A stretch of 64,000 nucleotides of DNA, from assembly GCA_040285745.1 (NCBI GenBank), contig JAUFOR010000003.1, positions 744,001 to 808,000 of the forward strand. Direction: 5' to 3'. Numbering within the stretch: position 1 is the stretch's first letter; each line of letters opens with the position of its first letter. Origin of the DNA: Barthelona sp. PCE. Its lineage: Eukaryota. Shown here in pieces: positions 20,494 to 31,378 of this stretch. Below the pieces are notes generated by a model, which saw only the letters and a program-made list of their open reading frames with translations, was not told the DNA's origin and did no database searches. The position numbers and the translations under genes are program-made.

Positions 20494-21942
20494 TTAACTA
20501 ACAGAACGTTCCTCGATGTCATTAATGAATCTCTGGATATCACGCACCATTTCTTCATCCTCAACAGAATCAATCTTGGTAGTCAGAGTTTCTATTAACG
20601 TGTTAACTTCCAATGTGAGCTTTGCTTCTGAGCTCCTTCGGAGTGCGGCAAGCTTTTCGGCGCTCAGCTTGGTGATAACATGCTTTAAAATAGCAGGACG
20701 ATGAATATTATCAACGAAAAAATCCAACATGCAAGTGCAAACGCGACTTGCCCTGGAACTAACATATTTTCCAATCTGCTCAATTGAGAGACTGTACTCG
20801 TCCTTAAATGTGTTGTATACTGTATCATCCTTGATTAAAGCTGAAAGCGCTCTGGTAACATGAATTATTGTAATGTGACCGGGTGATCTCAGCAAACTAG
20901 CACATATACGGAGGATATTACGCTGGAATAACTCCACGGCAGAACCATGTGTAGCCAAAAAGTGCACGATACGTGCAGCAGCAGGAATCGTCATACCATG
21001 TGGTGAACTCTCCATGATTCCAATGAGATGCTGCAGGAAATCAGGCAGCTTAATCTTCTCATAAAGAGGAAGAGGATTATTAGTGTGAGTAACAATATTA
21101 GCCAAAGTCGACAAAACATATTCCTTGATGGACGCAGCACGCTCGTCCAGAAGTCCAATGATAACGTCAAGGGCGCTTTCCAGATGAACTGCAACTTCTG
21201 GCAACCGTGAAAGGTTACGCAGGCACCAAATCGTGAGCTCAACTATGACTCCGTTGTCGGGATGGTTGAGTAGCTTGCGGAGCGCAGTGACGCAGCCGCT
21301 GTCAGCCATTGCCTTCAAAGTACTATCGGTAACAGTTGCACTGAGGTTAACGAGGGCGCCGAGCACCATTGATTGAATTCCCTCAGTATCCTCCATACCA
21401 TAGATGGCAGGGTTCTGGACATCTGGTATGTTTGATTGATCCAACATATCAACGAGCGTAGAAATCAAATCCCTCCTTTGCTCGAGCAGAACATTACGAT
21501 TCTTCTCAAGCTGAAGGGTGTTGCGTAGTCCCCTGAGCACCTCCATGCGCAGTACGGGGTCCTTTCCTGTGATAAAGTGACTGTATGTTAAATAGACTCC
21601 AATATTGCGCCCTGACTCCAAAAGAGACATACATAACGTACATAGTCGCCCCAGGTATTCTGAGTCAACGTACACATCTTTCTGGCAACAATCGCTACAA
21701 ATAACACGACCATCACGACGACAATGATGACGTCTGTGGAAGAATGAAAAGCGAGCTCCACATAGCGTACACAGCTCACATTCCTCATCGGGAACCCAAT
21801 GCTTTTGCGAGGGTTGAGGAAGAAGATGAGTTGGTGGTTTGCTTACTGATACCATCATATCTTGTGTATATTCAACATTGATGTGCTGCTCCAGGTGCGC
21901 CTTTGGCGTTTTGTGGAAAACCGGTTGAGGATCCTTCGACAT
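20494..21942 (-). CDS. FYVE zinc finger + armadillo-repeat protein
   Basis: WVPD..C..C...F.FFHRRHHCR..GRVIC..C..RLC..C, followed by ARM-like repeats (GALVNLS, WCLRNLS, STLANI). Confidence 0.88.
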   Translation of the reverse strand: MSKDPQPVFHKTPKAHLEQHINVEYTQDMMVSVSKPPTHLLPQPSQKHWVPDEECELCTLCGARFSFFHRRHHCRRDGRVICSDCCQKDVYVDSEYLGRLCTLCMSLLESGRNIGVYLTYSHFITGKDPVLRMEVLRGLRNTLQLEKNRNVLLEQRRDLISTLVDMLDQSNIPDVQNPAIYGMEDTEGIQSMVLGALVNLSATVTDSTLKAMADSGCVTALRKLLNHPDNGVIVELTIWCLRNLSRLPEVAVHLESALDVIIGLLDERAASIKEYVLSTLANIVTHTNNPLPLYEKIKLPDFLQHLIGIMESSPHGMTIPAAARIVHFLATHGSAVELFQRNILRICASLLRSPGHITIIHVTRALSALIKDDTVYNTFKDEYSLSIEQIGKYVSSRASRVCTCMLDFFVDNIHRPAILKHVITKLSAEKLAALRRSSEAKLTLEVNTLIETLTTKIDSVEDEEMVRDIQRFINDIEERSVS

Positions 21943-22120
21943 TGATGTGAGATAACGGAAAACAGGAAATAGTATACCACAATGCTTAGCTGCGATGTAG
22001 TACCTTGTTTATTTAACAAATTGGGCTTGGTAACCCGTGAAATAACACCAGAAGACTCAATTTTTTTTGTTTTAAAAATTTGAACCCACTTTCAAGGTTT
22101 TTTGTACTATTTATTCGAGA

Positions 22121-23758
22121 ATGGACCTTGAAAATCTTTCAAATGAAGAATTGGAAAGATATCTTAACGATTTAAAGCGTGAGGAAGCACGAATGCGCGA
22201 AATTTTGAAAACTGAACGTAATTTGGGCAATGCAGATCTTGAAGGGGTTATAGACGTGCAGCCGTATGCCGTTGAGGAGAGGAGATTTGATCCTACCTTA
22301 CTTAGCTTGGGCATTATAAATACACGCTCAGCCCGTCGTCGAAAAAGGAAGCGGAAAAAGGGAAAGAAGGATGAGGACGAGCCCACCACGATGTTTCAAC
22401 CCTTCAGTTTTGATGGACGTAAAGATTATCACGTTTTTTCTCGTCGTTCTCTTGATGAATACGTAAAGGAGAAGAAAGAGGAGGAGGAAAAGCTAAGATC
22501 ACACACTTTCAAGGCGAAAAAGATCCCTAAGAGCACAACAGAGCCCAGGTTCCAACGTATCATGGAAAAGCAGAAGCAGCGCCGTGATTTTGTATTGGAG
22601 AACAGCAAGCGCATTTCTAAAGAGAATGAGAAACCATTTACCTTCTATGAGCGCGATATTGAGAAGAAAAATGATCGATTATTGAAGTCACAAAAGCATG
22701 AACAAGAAGAGTTGAACAGATCAATGGAGCTTGCAGTAAGTTACAAAGCACGTGATATGCCAGAGTTTCCTGAACCTGAGGACAACACAGAAGAACGTCA
22801 GATGATTAAGGCTGCAAGAATGGAGCAGTTGAAAAGAATATCGAGGTTACCCAAGCGCATGCAGGAGGGATTAGAGATTGATCGCAAACGTAGAGATCGT
22901 CTGATTAAGGAATATGAGGAGCACTTTGCTGAGGTGTGCACCTTCAGGCCTATGGTCAACCATAAGCTGCCAGACTATGCAACAAACCAAGAACAGTTCG
23001 AAAAAAGTCTTCAAGCAGCTAGAAAGAACAAGAAAACTATTAAGGCCAAGCCGTTCGAGTTGCGTACAGCGGGAATAGGATTCGATACCAAGCAGCGTAT
23101 CATAGAAGATATTAAGAATGACGGTCTTCATCTCGTTGAAAACAGATGGCCATATAAAAGTACACGAGCTCCTGTTAAACCCACTCCTATGCCAAAATAC
23201 GGCAAGGTGGACATGGAAAAGATTGAAAATCGTACTACGAGGCTGAGAAAAGCAAAGTTACAGAAGGAAATGGAAGAAAAGCAGAAAATGCTAAGTCAAG
23301 AGAAATTGGCAGCTCGAGAACGTAAAACACGGTTGAGAAAGATGGCTAAAAAGATTGCTCCTCTTCTACACAGTGGCCCTGACTTCAAGAAAAGAGCTGA
23401 GGAGACCAAGAAGGAATATAAACAAAGAATCCGCGATATGACTTTGCGGTACCAATCAAGCGTTCAGAGCATGTATGATCGTGTGAATGAGGAGCGCAAA
23501 ACACTGTTCGAGAGACATGATGATGAGGTGCAGCGAAGGAAATTGGAAAAGGAAAAGAAAATGCAGAAGCGGAGGAAAAAATCCAAAAAGGTTAAGAAAA
23601 ACAAACCAAGTACTGTAACGAGGGAAAAATTGGATTCTGAACTGGAAAATTATAAGAAAAAGCTGATGGATGAGTTAGATGATAGTATAGATCTGAGCAT
23701 TAACACACATCATTCTATTGACACTCCTGATACACCTTTAATCAAGACACTCCAATAA
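22121..23758 (+). CDS. FAM161: FAM161 (UPF0564) centriole/axoneme microtubule-binding protein
   Basis: QPFSFDGR, FKAKKIPKSTTEPRFQRIME..KPFTFYERD, FRPMVNHKLPDY, KPFELRT. Confidence 0.82.
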   Translation: MDLENLSNEELERYLNDLKREEARMREILKTERNLGNADLEGVIDVQPYAVEERRFDPTLLSLGIINTRSARRRKRKRKKGKKDEDEPTTMFQPFSFDGRKDYHVFSRRSLDEYVKEKKEEEEKLRSHTFKAKKIPKSTTEPRFQRIMEKQKQRRDFVLENSKRISKENEKPFTFYERDIEKKNDRLLKSQKHEQEELNRSMELAVSYKARDMPEFPEPEDNTEERQMIKAARMEQLKRISRLPKRMQEGLEIDRKRRDRLIKEYEEHFAEVCTFRPMVNHKLPDYATNQEQFEKSLQAARKNKKTIKAKPFELRTAGIGFDTKQRIIEDIKNDGLHLVENRWPYKSTRAPVKPTPMPKYGKVDMEKIENRTTRLRKAKLQKEMEEKQKMLSQEKLAARERKTRLRKMAKKIAPLLHSGPDFKKRAEETKKEYKQRIRDMTLRYQSSVQSMYDRVNEERKTLFERHDDEVQRRKLEKEKKMQKRRKKSKKVKKNKPSTVTREKLDSELENYKKKLMDELDDSIDLSINTHHSIDTPDTPLIKTLQ

Positions 23759-23765
23759 AACACTT

Positions 23766-24587
23766 TTATTCACACTTGATATATTTTGCCACATCCTCTT
23801 CTTCCCAAACCATGCTAATAATTGTCTCGAAATCAGTATCTAACGAATCTTTGAAGTCAACGTCAGCGCCAAACTCAATGAGCAGGTCGACCACGTCCAC
23901 TCTGTAGGCCAAAGCCGCTGAAAACAACAGACTGCGATTGAAGGAGCTATCAATGTTGACATCAGCACCCATCTCGCATAAACGACGTAGTAATTCGATT
24001 GGAGCCTTTTCTATGAGGGAGAACAAAAGCGATGGGGTGGTCTCATCGCATGTGTTTATATCAAACCCATTCTGTACTAAAAAATCAAGGATATCAATAT
24101 GTTTTGTCGCATCAAATACTTTTGCCAACACTGTCATTGGATTCTCATTGATATATATACACTCCTTAGGATCAATGATCTCCATTCCCTTCACTACATT
24201 ATCAAAGTTACCACAAACTAAGTCGACGTAAAAACGCTCTTCCTGGGTCATTGCACGTATATTAGGCATAGACTGGAGGTATAGGAAGATTGCGTCGGAC
24301 TTGTTGTACATTTTTGCAACCACAAGTGGGTTAGGTGTGGTAAATATGCACTTCTCATCTATTCCGATGAGTTTCCGAACTATATCAAGGCTTCCTCCCT
24401 GGATTGCTGCTAGTAGAGGTGTTGTTCCACCACAATATTCACATACATTAGCTCCTTCAGCAAGAAGCACATCAACAAATTCCATTTTTGCCATTAAACA
24501 TGCTTCTATCAAAAAAGGTGCTGTAGCAGATGTCCCGGTACCACAGGATGATCCCTCCTCAGGTCCACAGGTTGCGCACGAAGACAT
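23766..24587 (-). CDS. Ankyrin-repeat protein
   Basis: GTTPLLAAIQGGSLDIVRKLI, LCEMGADVN, LLIEFGADVDFKD. Confidence 0.88.
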   Translation of the reverse strand: MSSCATCGPEEGSSCGTGTSATAPFLIEACLMAKMEFVDVLLAEGANVCEYCGGTTPLLAAIQGGSLDIVRKLIGIDEKCIFTTPNPLVVAKMYNKSDAIFLYLQSMPNIRAMTQEERFYVDLVCGNFDNVVKGMEIIDPKECIYINENPMTVLAKVFDATKHIDILDFLVQNGFDINTCDETTPSLLFSLIEKAPIELLRRLCEMGADVNIDSSFNRSLLFSAALAYRVDVVDLLIEFGADVDFKDSLDTDFETIISMVWEEEDVAKYIKCE

Positions 24588-24867
24588 TTAAAGATGAAAA
24601 GAGTGAGAATCTGAAAACATGAAGTGCACATAGTTTGTTGAATAGTATGGTGAAATATCATCGGTACGCTGCAAAATGCGGAAGGAAATTTCAATATATG
24701 TGCTACACAACTATTCTTCCTCATTTCCACATTTATTCTTCTCGATATCAATATATAATCATTTAGAAGTTCCTTCCAAGTATAATACAGTGTGCATGCT
24801 AGCTACAAAAAGCAAATAAATGTTCCAGTTAACGGCCACCATTCATTGTTATTCGAAAAAAAAGTGC

Positions 24868-25698
24868 TTACACACTATGAGTCACAGCCGGGTTCTTTGG
24901 TGATAAAGGTTGTGGCGCACGTCTATTATAACGATAATTGCGTAACAAAATAAAAGCTTCGTGAAACAAATCACCAAAATGTTCCATATTCTTCAAATCA
25001 TCCTCTAACCATGAATAATCGAGGTTTAGCTGCGACACCAATATGAATACGTGTATATCCAGACCCTTTTCTGCCAGCATGTTCATGTACCGCGTCACAA
25101 TATGGTCTCGAACAGGTATAAACCTCCTGTTATCTTTTAGAGCTTCGTGAATTCGCCCCATTGCGGCTATGAACTGTGCAGGACGAAGTGGCTGATTATT
25201 TAAAGAAGGAGGACGGAAAAAATTCATTGTACAAAAAACAAAAGTTCCTGGAATACCTTCCCGTTTGTAATTAAAATGGATGAACTCCACAATTCCGCTA
25301 GAATGGCAGAAACCGTTGCAATATACAGTAAGACGAGAATGAGCCAATCTTTGCTCTTCAAAATCAACCTCATCAATGTTTTTAACAATGATATCATCAA
25401 TATACCACCCATCAGTTCTGCTTTCCCTCATTCTACGTTCAGCAGTAGGACCAAAAGTAAATTTGCCAGCAAATAAATCTATAATCTTGTTCTTCATAAG
25501 GGCACATGTGCTCATCGTTACGTCTGTGAATTGGTTTGTACCAAAAACCCCCATGAGCTCAGGTATATAAGTGTCAAAAATCACATCTTGCCAATGAGAC
25601 TTGTTAGACATCATAAGGTACAAGTTGTTCGGATTGTCGCCCGTAATAATGTCAATTGGCCTGAATGGCTCGCCCATTTGTGTATAAACAGGACACAT
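24868..25698 (-). CDS. Hypothetical protein (276 aa)
   Basis: Long ATG-started ORF with globular-looking composition; no motif recognised. Confidence 0.7.
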   Translation of the reverse strand: MCPVYTQMGEPFRPIDIITGDNPNNLYLMMSNKSHWQDVIFDTYIPELMGVFGTNQFTDVTMSTCALMKNKIIDLFAGKFTFGPTAERRMRESRTDGWYIDDIIVKNIDEVDFEEQRLAHSRLTVYCNGFCHSSGIVEFIHFNYKREGIPGTFVFCTMNFFRPPSLNNQPLRPAQFIAAMGRIHEALKDNRRFIPVRDHIVTRYMNMLAEKGLDIHVFILVSQLNLDYSWLEDDLKNMEHFGDLFHEAFILLRNYRYNRRAPQPLSPKNPAVTHSV

Positions 25699-26105
25699 TT
25701 GTTAAATAGAAAATATATTTAGAAAAACAGGTTTGAAGACTTATTTGAAATTCCCCAACATCTCACATGGTCGCTAATATATTTTGAAGGTCTTTAAGCT
25801 GTACATTGCCCATGAAAAACGATAGTTAGTGCTTGAGTTACACTTTTGAGACAAACTTGATTTACATATCGTAATATTAAGATCTACCATTCAATAAATC
25901 TTATTGAAGACTCAAAAATTGGTAGAAAATGGTAAAAATTTACCCCCCTACTAAAAAATCCATAATTAGATGAAAAACAATAACTTATTTGCATGGTTTT
26001 ACAAGTTCTTAAGGGGCAATACATGAATAAATAACGCATTCAGCATTCAAATATATTTAGAAAAGAGAGAGAAGCCATATATAAACTCTTTTCACCATTT
26101 TCATT

Positions 26106-27215
26106 ATGGGCATTACAAAACAGCATGTTTTTCACATGCTAACCATTATAATTTGTCTGGGTGTACAAGTAAGGTTGAAATACACACTCTGCCCCAATTT
26201 CTTTGAAAAAGAACATGTAGTCAAAGATTTCACCCCAAAGAAGGTAGATGTGTTATACACCTGGGTAAATGGAAGCGATCCTGACTTCGTAAGGGATTAT
26301 AGACAGTTTGTAGATCCCGCTTTCACATATAACTCCAACAGATACAATGACAACTTTGAACTACTATTTTCGCTGCGCTCACTTGATATGTACATGCCTT
26401 TTGTGAACAATATCATTCTTTACACAAACGGACAAATCCCACATTGGTTAAACACCTCCATTCCAAATTTAAAAGTGATTTTCCACAAGGATGTGTTCCC
26501 TGAACCGGAATCGCAGCTCCCTACTTTCAATTCAAGACCTATAGAAGCTTCCATGTTCGACATAGAAGATTTAAGTGATATTTTTGTGTATATGAATGAT
26601 GATGTTTTTTTAAAGGGCCCTATGCACATCACAGACTATGTTTCGAAGAATTCCGGACCTATATTCTATCATACAGGCTTTCAGTACAGCATGCACACTA
26701 AAGTAGAACACCGACAAACTTTAAAGTTCACTTTTGAAAGTGTTTGTCCAGCATTTGAACCAAACGCGCGCAAGAACACACCTTTCAAACATTACATATT
26801 GACACATGCACACAGAACCTTCCACAAAAAGCTTTCCAAACAACTTTTAGAAATGACTCCCTTGGCGCAAGATTTACTGAACCATAGAGTAAGAACTGTC
26901 AAGCAGCTGGATCCTATCCACTATTTATATCACGCAAATCAGTTTATTTCCAAGTTTTGTGGAACAAATGTGATTGAGGAACGAAGAGTGGGTAACTACT
27001 ATGGTTTAAAGAACTTTGACACAAGAGAACATCTGCAAAAGGTAATTGATAGGTGGCCCATCAACTCTTACAATATCAATGATAATATCATTGATGGTAA
27101 ACCTGGTGCCATGGCAGGTAGATATGCTTTTCGTGAAGAGATGATTAGAAGATATCCTAATCCTTCTAAATTTGAGCGTGAAGACTGGTATTTACCTTCC
27201 GAATTTCTTCAATAG
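26106..27215 (+). CDS. Stealth-family hexose-1-phosphate transferase (paralog 2)
   Basis: VDVLYTWVNGSDP, ELLFSLRSL, LPTFNSRPIE, YMNDDVF, YNIND, YPNPSKFE. Confidence 0.92.
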   Translation: MGITKQHVFHMLTIIICLGVQVRLKYTLCPNFFEKEHVVKDFTPKKVDVLYTWVNGSDPDFVRDYRQFVDPAFTYNSNRYNDNFELLFSLRSLDMYMPFVNNIILYTNGQIPHWLNTSIPNLKVIFHKDVFPEPESQLPTFNSRPIEASMFDIEDLSDIFVYMNDDVFLKGPMHITDYVSKNSGPIFYHTGFQYSMHTKVEHRQTLKFTFESVCPAFEPNARKNTPFKHYILTHAHRTFHKKLSKQLLEMTPLAQDLLNHRVRTVKQLDPIHYLYHANQFISKFCGTNVIEERRVGNYYGLKNFDTREHLQKVIDRWPINSYNINDNIIDGKPGAMAGRYAFREEMIRRYPNPSKFEREDWYLPSEFLQ

Positions 27216-27365
27216 TGCATTTTTGCAATAGTAAAGTTAGATCATGATATTTCTTTCTTTATTTTCCTTTTTGTATGGTTGATGCTGCCTAATATAGCAT
27301 GTAAATCACATACATTCACTCAAAATACAATTTAGTCTCGTGTAATCGTTTATTCCCCTTAACGT

Positions 27366-28367
27366 ATGCATTTCTTTGTCCTATCGGCAATCTCATTCGT
27401 GATCTTTTTCACACAGCTGGGGCTTGCACAATACTTGATAAAGAAAAGCAAAGCTATCAAGTTATACCACATAAATGGTAAAGTTACATTGCTTCATGAA
27501 GTTATTATGTGTGTTTGTGGGGTGTCAGCAGTGGCAGCATTATCTGTATTCGACAGATTGGAAGACCTGCTTACAATTGTGCTCTTTCTTGTTGGTATAG
27601 TGGCATTCACTGTAATACAGAGATTATTGCAGGTGTGGCGTGTCACAGCAACGTTGAAACTATGGTTCATTGGAATAGTAAGTTTCCAAACAATTATTTC
27701 ACTTGTTGTTTCCACTTTCATCATGTATTTTTATTTTCTCAACAGAGCAAACCCATTTCTCATGAATTTTGTGAGCATGGCGATCTCCATTTCAATCATT
27801 TTGATGATTTCTTTTCAATCAACGAGATCCTTAGTACTCTTTTTAACTATAGTCACATTATATCAGGTGCTACTCTTTTTTTTGGACCCTGACAGGGATC
27901 TCTGTTCAATGGGGTGCCCGTGGAAAAGCCATGTCCCTAATATGCCTATGGGTATTCATGTTACTGCGACTGCTGGAACGAGCCTAATCCGTTTATCATC
28001 TGTCGTCGTATGTGGTATTGTACTCAAACACATGCGCAAGCTTGACATGCGGTTCTCTGCTAAGTTTGTGCGTAGAGGATTTATCGCTGTCATGATTGCG
28101 TATGTGGTGTGCTTCATGTTGGTGTGGTCCATGGATAGAGGAATCCCTTTTCTTCCCTTTGCATCTATTGCTGTCGCGTTGACGCTGCTTGGGGAGCAAC
28201 ACAGACGATCAATTCCAGATATTTTTGCCGACACACATCACAGCGAAGTTTTGAATTCTCCCGTCATACCCGACGAACCCAACTGGGAGAAGATGTTCAT
28301 GGACGATGTCCACGAGTCGATTGAGTTCAACGTAAGGGCGCTGGATCATCAACAAGCAGCCGTCTAA
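27366..28367 (+). CDS. Signal peptide peptidase/presenilin-clan (A22) homologue, probably inactive
   Basis: TM pattern aligns with SPP by eye: TLYQVLLFF (YD site), SLIRLSSVVVCG..MRKLD (LGLGD..PG..LRFD site), RGIPFLPF (QPALLY site). Confidence 0.6.
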   Translation: MHFFVLSAISFVIFFTQLGLAQYLIKKSKAIKLYHINGKVTLLHEVIMCVCGVSAVAALSVFDRLEDLLTIVLFLVGIVAFTVIQRLLQVWRVTATLKLWFIGIVSFQTIISLVVSTFIMYFYFLNRANPFLMNFVSMAISISIILMISFQSTRSLVLFLTIVTLYQVLLFFLDPDRDLCSMGCPWKSHVPNMPMGIHVTATAGTSLIRLSSVVVCGIVLKHMRKLDMRFSAKFVRRGFIAVMIAYVVCFMLVWSMDRGIPFLPFASIAVALTLLGEQHRRSIPDIFADTHHSEVLNSPVIPDEPNWEKMFMDDVHESIEFNVRALDHQQAAV

Positions 28368-28399
28368 AAAATCTTGAAATCAAAAATTTTAATTTACAA

Positions 28400-31283
28400 T
28401 CAATCTGTAGTGAAAGTGAACTGACTATCCTGTACGTAGCTCCTCTGTGTGAGCGGGGCAGGTTCAACCTCTTCCTGGGTCTGTGTAGCAAATGTGTCGT
28501 CGTACTCTTGAGTGGAAATCATACCCACGAATTCCATAAGCTGTTCAACGTTAACTGTGTTGCTGAACAGTTTTGAGGCTGGTTTACCGCTGAACACCTC
28601 AGCGATCTCATTCATCTCTTCCAAATCAAGGACATCGCCAATTTCGTGGAATACCTCGGTTAAGCGATCAAAAGTAAGAACGGACTCGTCTGTTGTGAGT
28701 TCTGGCTCGGCGATTGCATCCAGGTGCTGTTGGATATCATCACGTTGCACTGGTGGTCTTCTGTGATTAATAAATAGCTTAACGAATTGATCAAAATTGA
28801 GTGCCTCGAAGTTCTCACGACGATACGTCAACTCGTTGCGGATCGCCTCCATCTCAAAGTTTGTTGGATAGAAACCAAGCAAGCAGAACAACTCATACAG
28901 ACTCGATATCTTTACCTTGACTGTATCTGCCGATTCTGCGCTTGATGCCCCCTCCCTGACTGCAAAGTACAGGAAAAGACAGCGCAAGAATTCAATTACG
29001 CTGTCGTTCAGGTCATCATCGATTACCTTGAGCTGCTGGCTGAGTGTCCTTAAATACTCATCGTTGTTGATGTTCTCGTAGAAGGGAATCATGCCCTTGC
29101 CTCCGCCCAGGATCTGGTGCTCAAGACTATCGCTGTTGACGCTCCACATGTAAACGCACTGATCTGAACCGCCGCTCGTAAGGATCTTCATACCGTCGGA
29201 AGCCTCGCAGATGTCATAAGATGAAACGTTGAACGCGTGCGCTTTAACGGTCGAATACCTGTTCGGGTTACCGTCTAGGGGAAGCCTGCAGATACCAATA
29301 TGGGAACCAGAAGAGAACGCTACGATAACCGGGGGTAAATCTCCGTTCGGAATGGGTTTCATCGAATTGATAGCGAAATCAACGCCCCTGACGGTCTTGG
29401 TGATCATCTGATTACGTGGATTGACAATACGGATTTGTTTCTCAAAATTCGTCGTCAGCAGCAAATCGCGCTTACCCTCCGAACCGGGACGCACAATGTA
29501 ACACACAGATGTGGGATCGCAATGCACCTCAAGCAAAGTGCGCTCACGGAGAGTGAGACCCTGTGCTGTAGGGTTCCTACTGTCGATAGAGTGGAGATCG
29601 AACTCGCACATGCACCTATCGTGACCAACTGTGAAGAGACGCGTGCGCTCGAGCGAGTCAGTCGTCAGATAGTAATCAATCAAGTCACCCTGGTGAGCTA
29701 CGTATGATCCAACAAAAACGTACTGGTCAGGGGAGATATCGCATAATGCATGGACGGTGAGCCTGCTATCTGAGTCGAATACCGCAAGAATCGTTCCGTC
29801 TTTGTCAGTATCAAGAGCACGGACGCTTGTCTTTGAAAACTCAATAGTTTGCTTAAGTATCAACTCTAATGAAGGTGAGCCATCGTTACCGACAATGAAG
29901 TTCATGTCGAAAACCTTGACCAGGCCAGAGTTAAAGCCAACGATGACGGACGCCTCGAGCACACTTATGCAGTTAGGTACATCATTTTCAAAACGGTGGC
30001 GCAGCATTAGCGCCTTACTGTCAACGTTGTACACATACAGATAGCCGGAATACGCAATGATGAAGGCACACGGGAGTGTGGGATGGACACAAACCTCTGG
30101 AAGTCTTCCGTTCGGCCCCTCCACAATGATGGTTCCCTGATCTTCATCATCATAGAACCCGTTTGCATCCATATGCAGCAGTAGGCCCTGCGCCGTCACC
30201 ACCACAAAGCTAGGTAGCGGGATAGTGGGGAGAATAGCACTCTCCAGCTGAATGAGTAACTGACGACAGCGCGGCTCCTCAACCGAGGCGCATGGTCCGA
30301 ACTTACAGAAGGGCGAGTGGAATGAAAGGGCGAGGATGGAACCTGCGCCAGGGGCATACCAAGCCACCAATCTTTTTTGAGGATCAAACATCTTCACTGT
30401 TCCGTCCTGACAGCCAATGCCAAAGAAGGGTAGCGCCTCCATGAGTGTGAGGATGGGACCATCGTTGAGCCGTAGGACACGCTGAGCGATGCGAGTTCCG
30501 TCCTCCTTGAGCACCCACTCGATGATGTCTCCATCCACGGTAGCAGTGATGCAAAGTGAGTCGAGTGTGAGGAATAGTGAGTCAACAAAGGCGGAGAACG
30601 GTGTTGAGAAGTCGGCTGTGTTGAGATCTGGCTCCATGGCAGTGAGCTCACCCTCCTTTAGCGAAACAAATAGTAAACGGTTGCTGGCAGTCAACACAAT
30701 TTCTTGTTCGTCGTTGTTGTTGAACATAAACGTTCTGAAACGGACCTTCTCGAAGGGTACCTCGTTGTCAAATGACATTTCCGCAACTGCCTCTGTTGAC
30801 TTCTGCCAATTAAATATCTTAATATGCTGTATATTATCCTTTGGAGATGAAAGAGCTATTAAATACTCAAAATTCGATGAGAAATCAAGGGCTGCCGTGC
30901 CGTACTCAAATGGTTGAAAGATTACACGTAATGGCGTGGCTGTAACTGAATCCCAGATAACAATCATCGAATTATCACCAATGTCTGCAGTTGCAATGTT
31001 TCTTTTATCCGCTGAGCATGCTGTGGCGGATATGTATGATGTGTGCCCCTGTAATAGTGTTTGTTCGTCCTTCTCAACATCATAAACAACACCAGTGTTG
31101 CCCGCAGTATAGAAAACAGCAGTTCTATGGTTATCGTAGAGCGAATGACACGCCTGTGATATATTCTTGTTGAAACCGAATACCCAATCTAAGGTCTAGG
31201 TGTTAGAAATTGTTTCAAACCCAAAATGTACAACATACAAGTGGTCTCCCGATATCCTGTGCGTGTGGCCCCTCGCTGTCCAT
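28400..31283 (-). CDS. CFAP251: CFAP251/WDR66 WD40 + EF-hand-like ciliary protein; 2 exons 31239-31283 and 28400-31195
   Basis: Frame extends upstream of the track start: LDWVFGFN..LLQGHTSYIS..IATADIGDNSMIVIWD. Also LPLDGNPNRY and LGFYPTNFE. Spliced product 946 aa. Confidence 0.9.
31196..31238 (-). other. Spliceosomal intron, 43 nt (CFAP251)
   Basis: GTATGT...TCTAACACCTAG; phase 0; joins a 15-codon ATG exon to the ORF. Confidence 0.9.
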
Positions 31284-31378
31284 TGCCAAACAATAAACTC
31301 GTTGTTGAAAGGGAATAAAAACAAAAACAAACTGGCTACTTCATTCTTATCCTTTTCTATTCGAAAAAATGAATATAA

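Noticed and set aside
21985-22070. GTAGTA plus AATTTTTTTTG suggesting U2 snRNA
   Set aside because: Lacks GCTAAGATCA and stem I/IIa context; short motifs are expected by chance in an AT-rich promoter.
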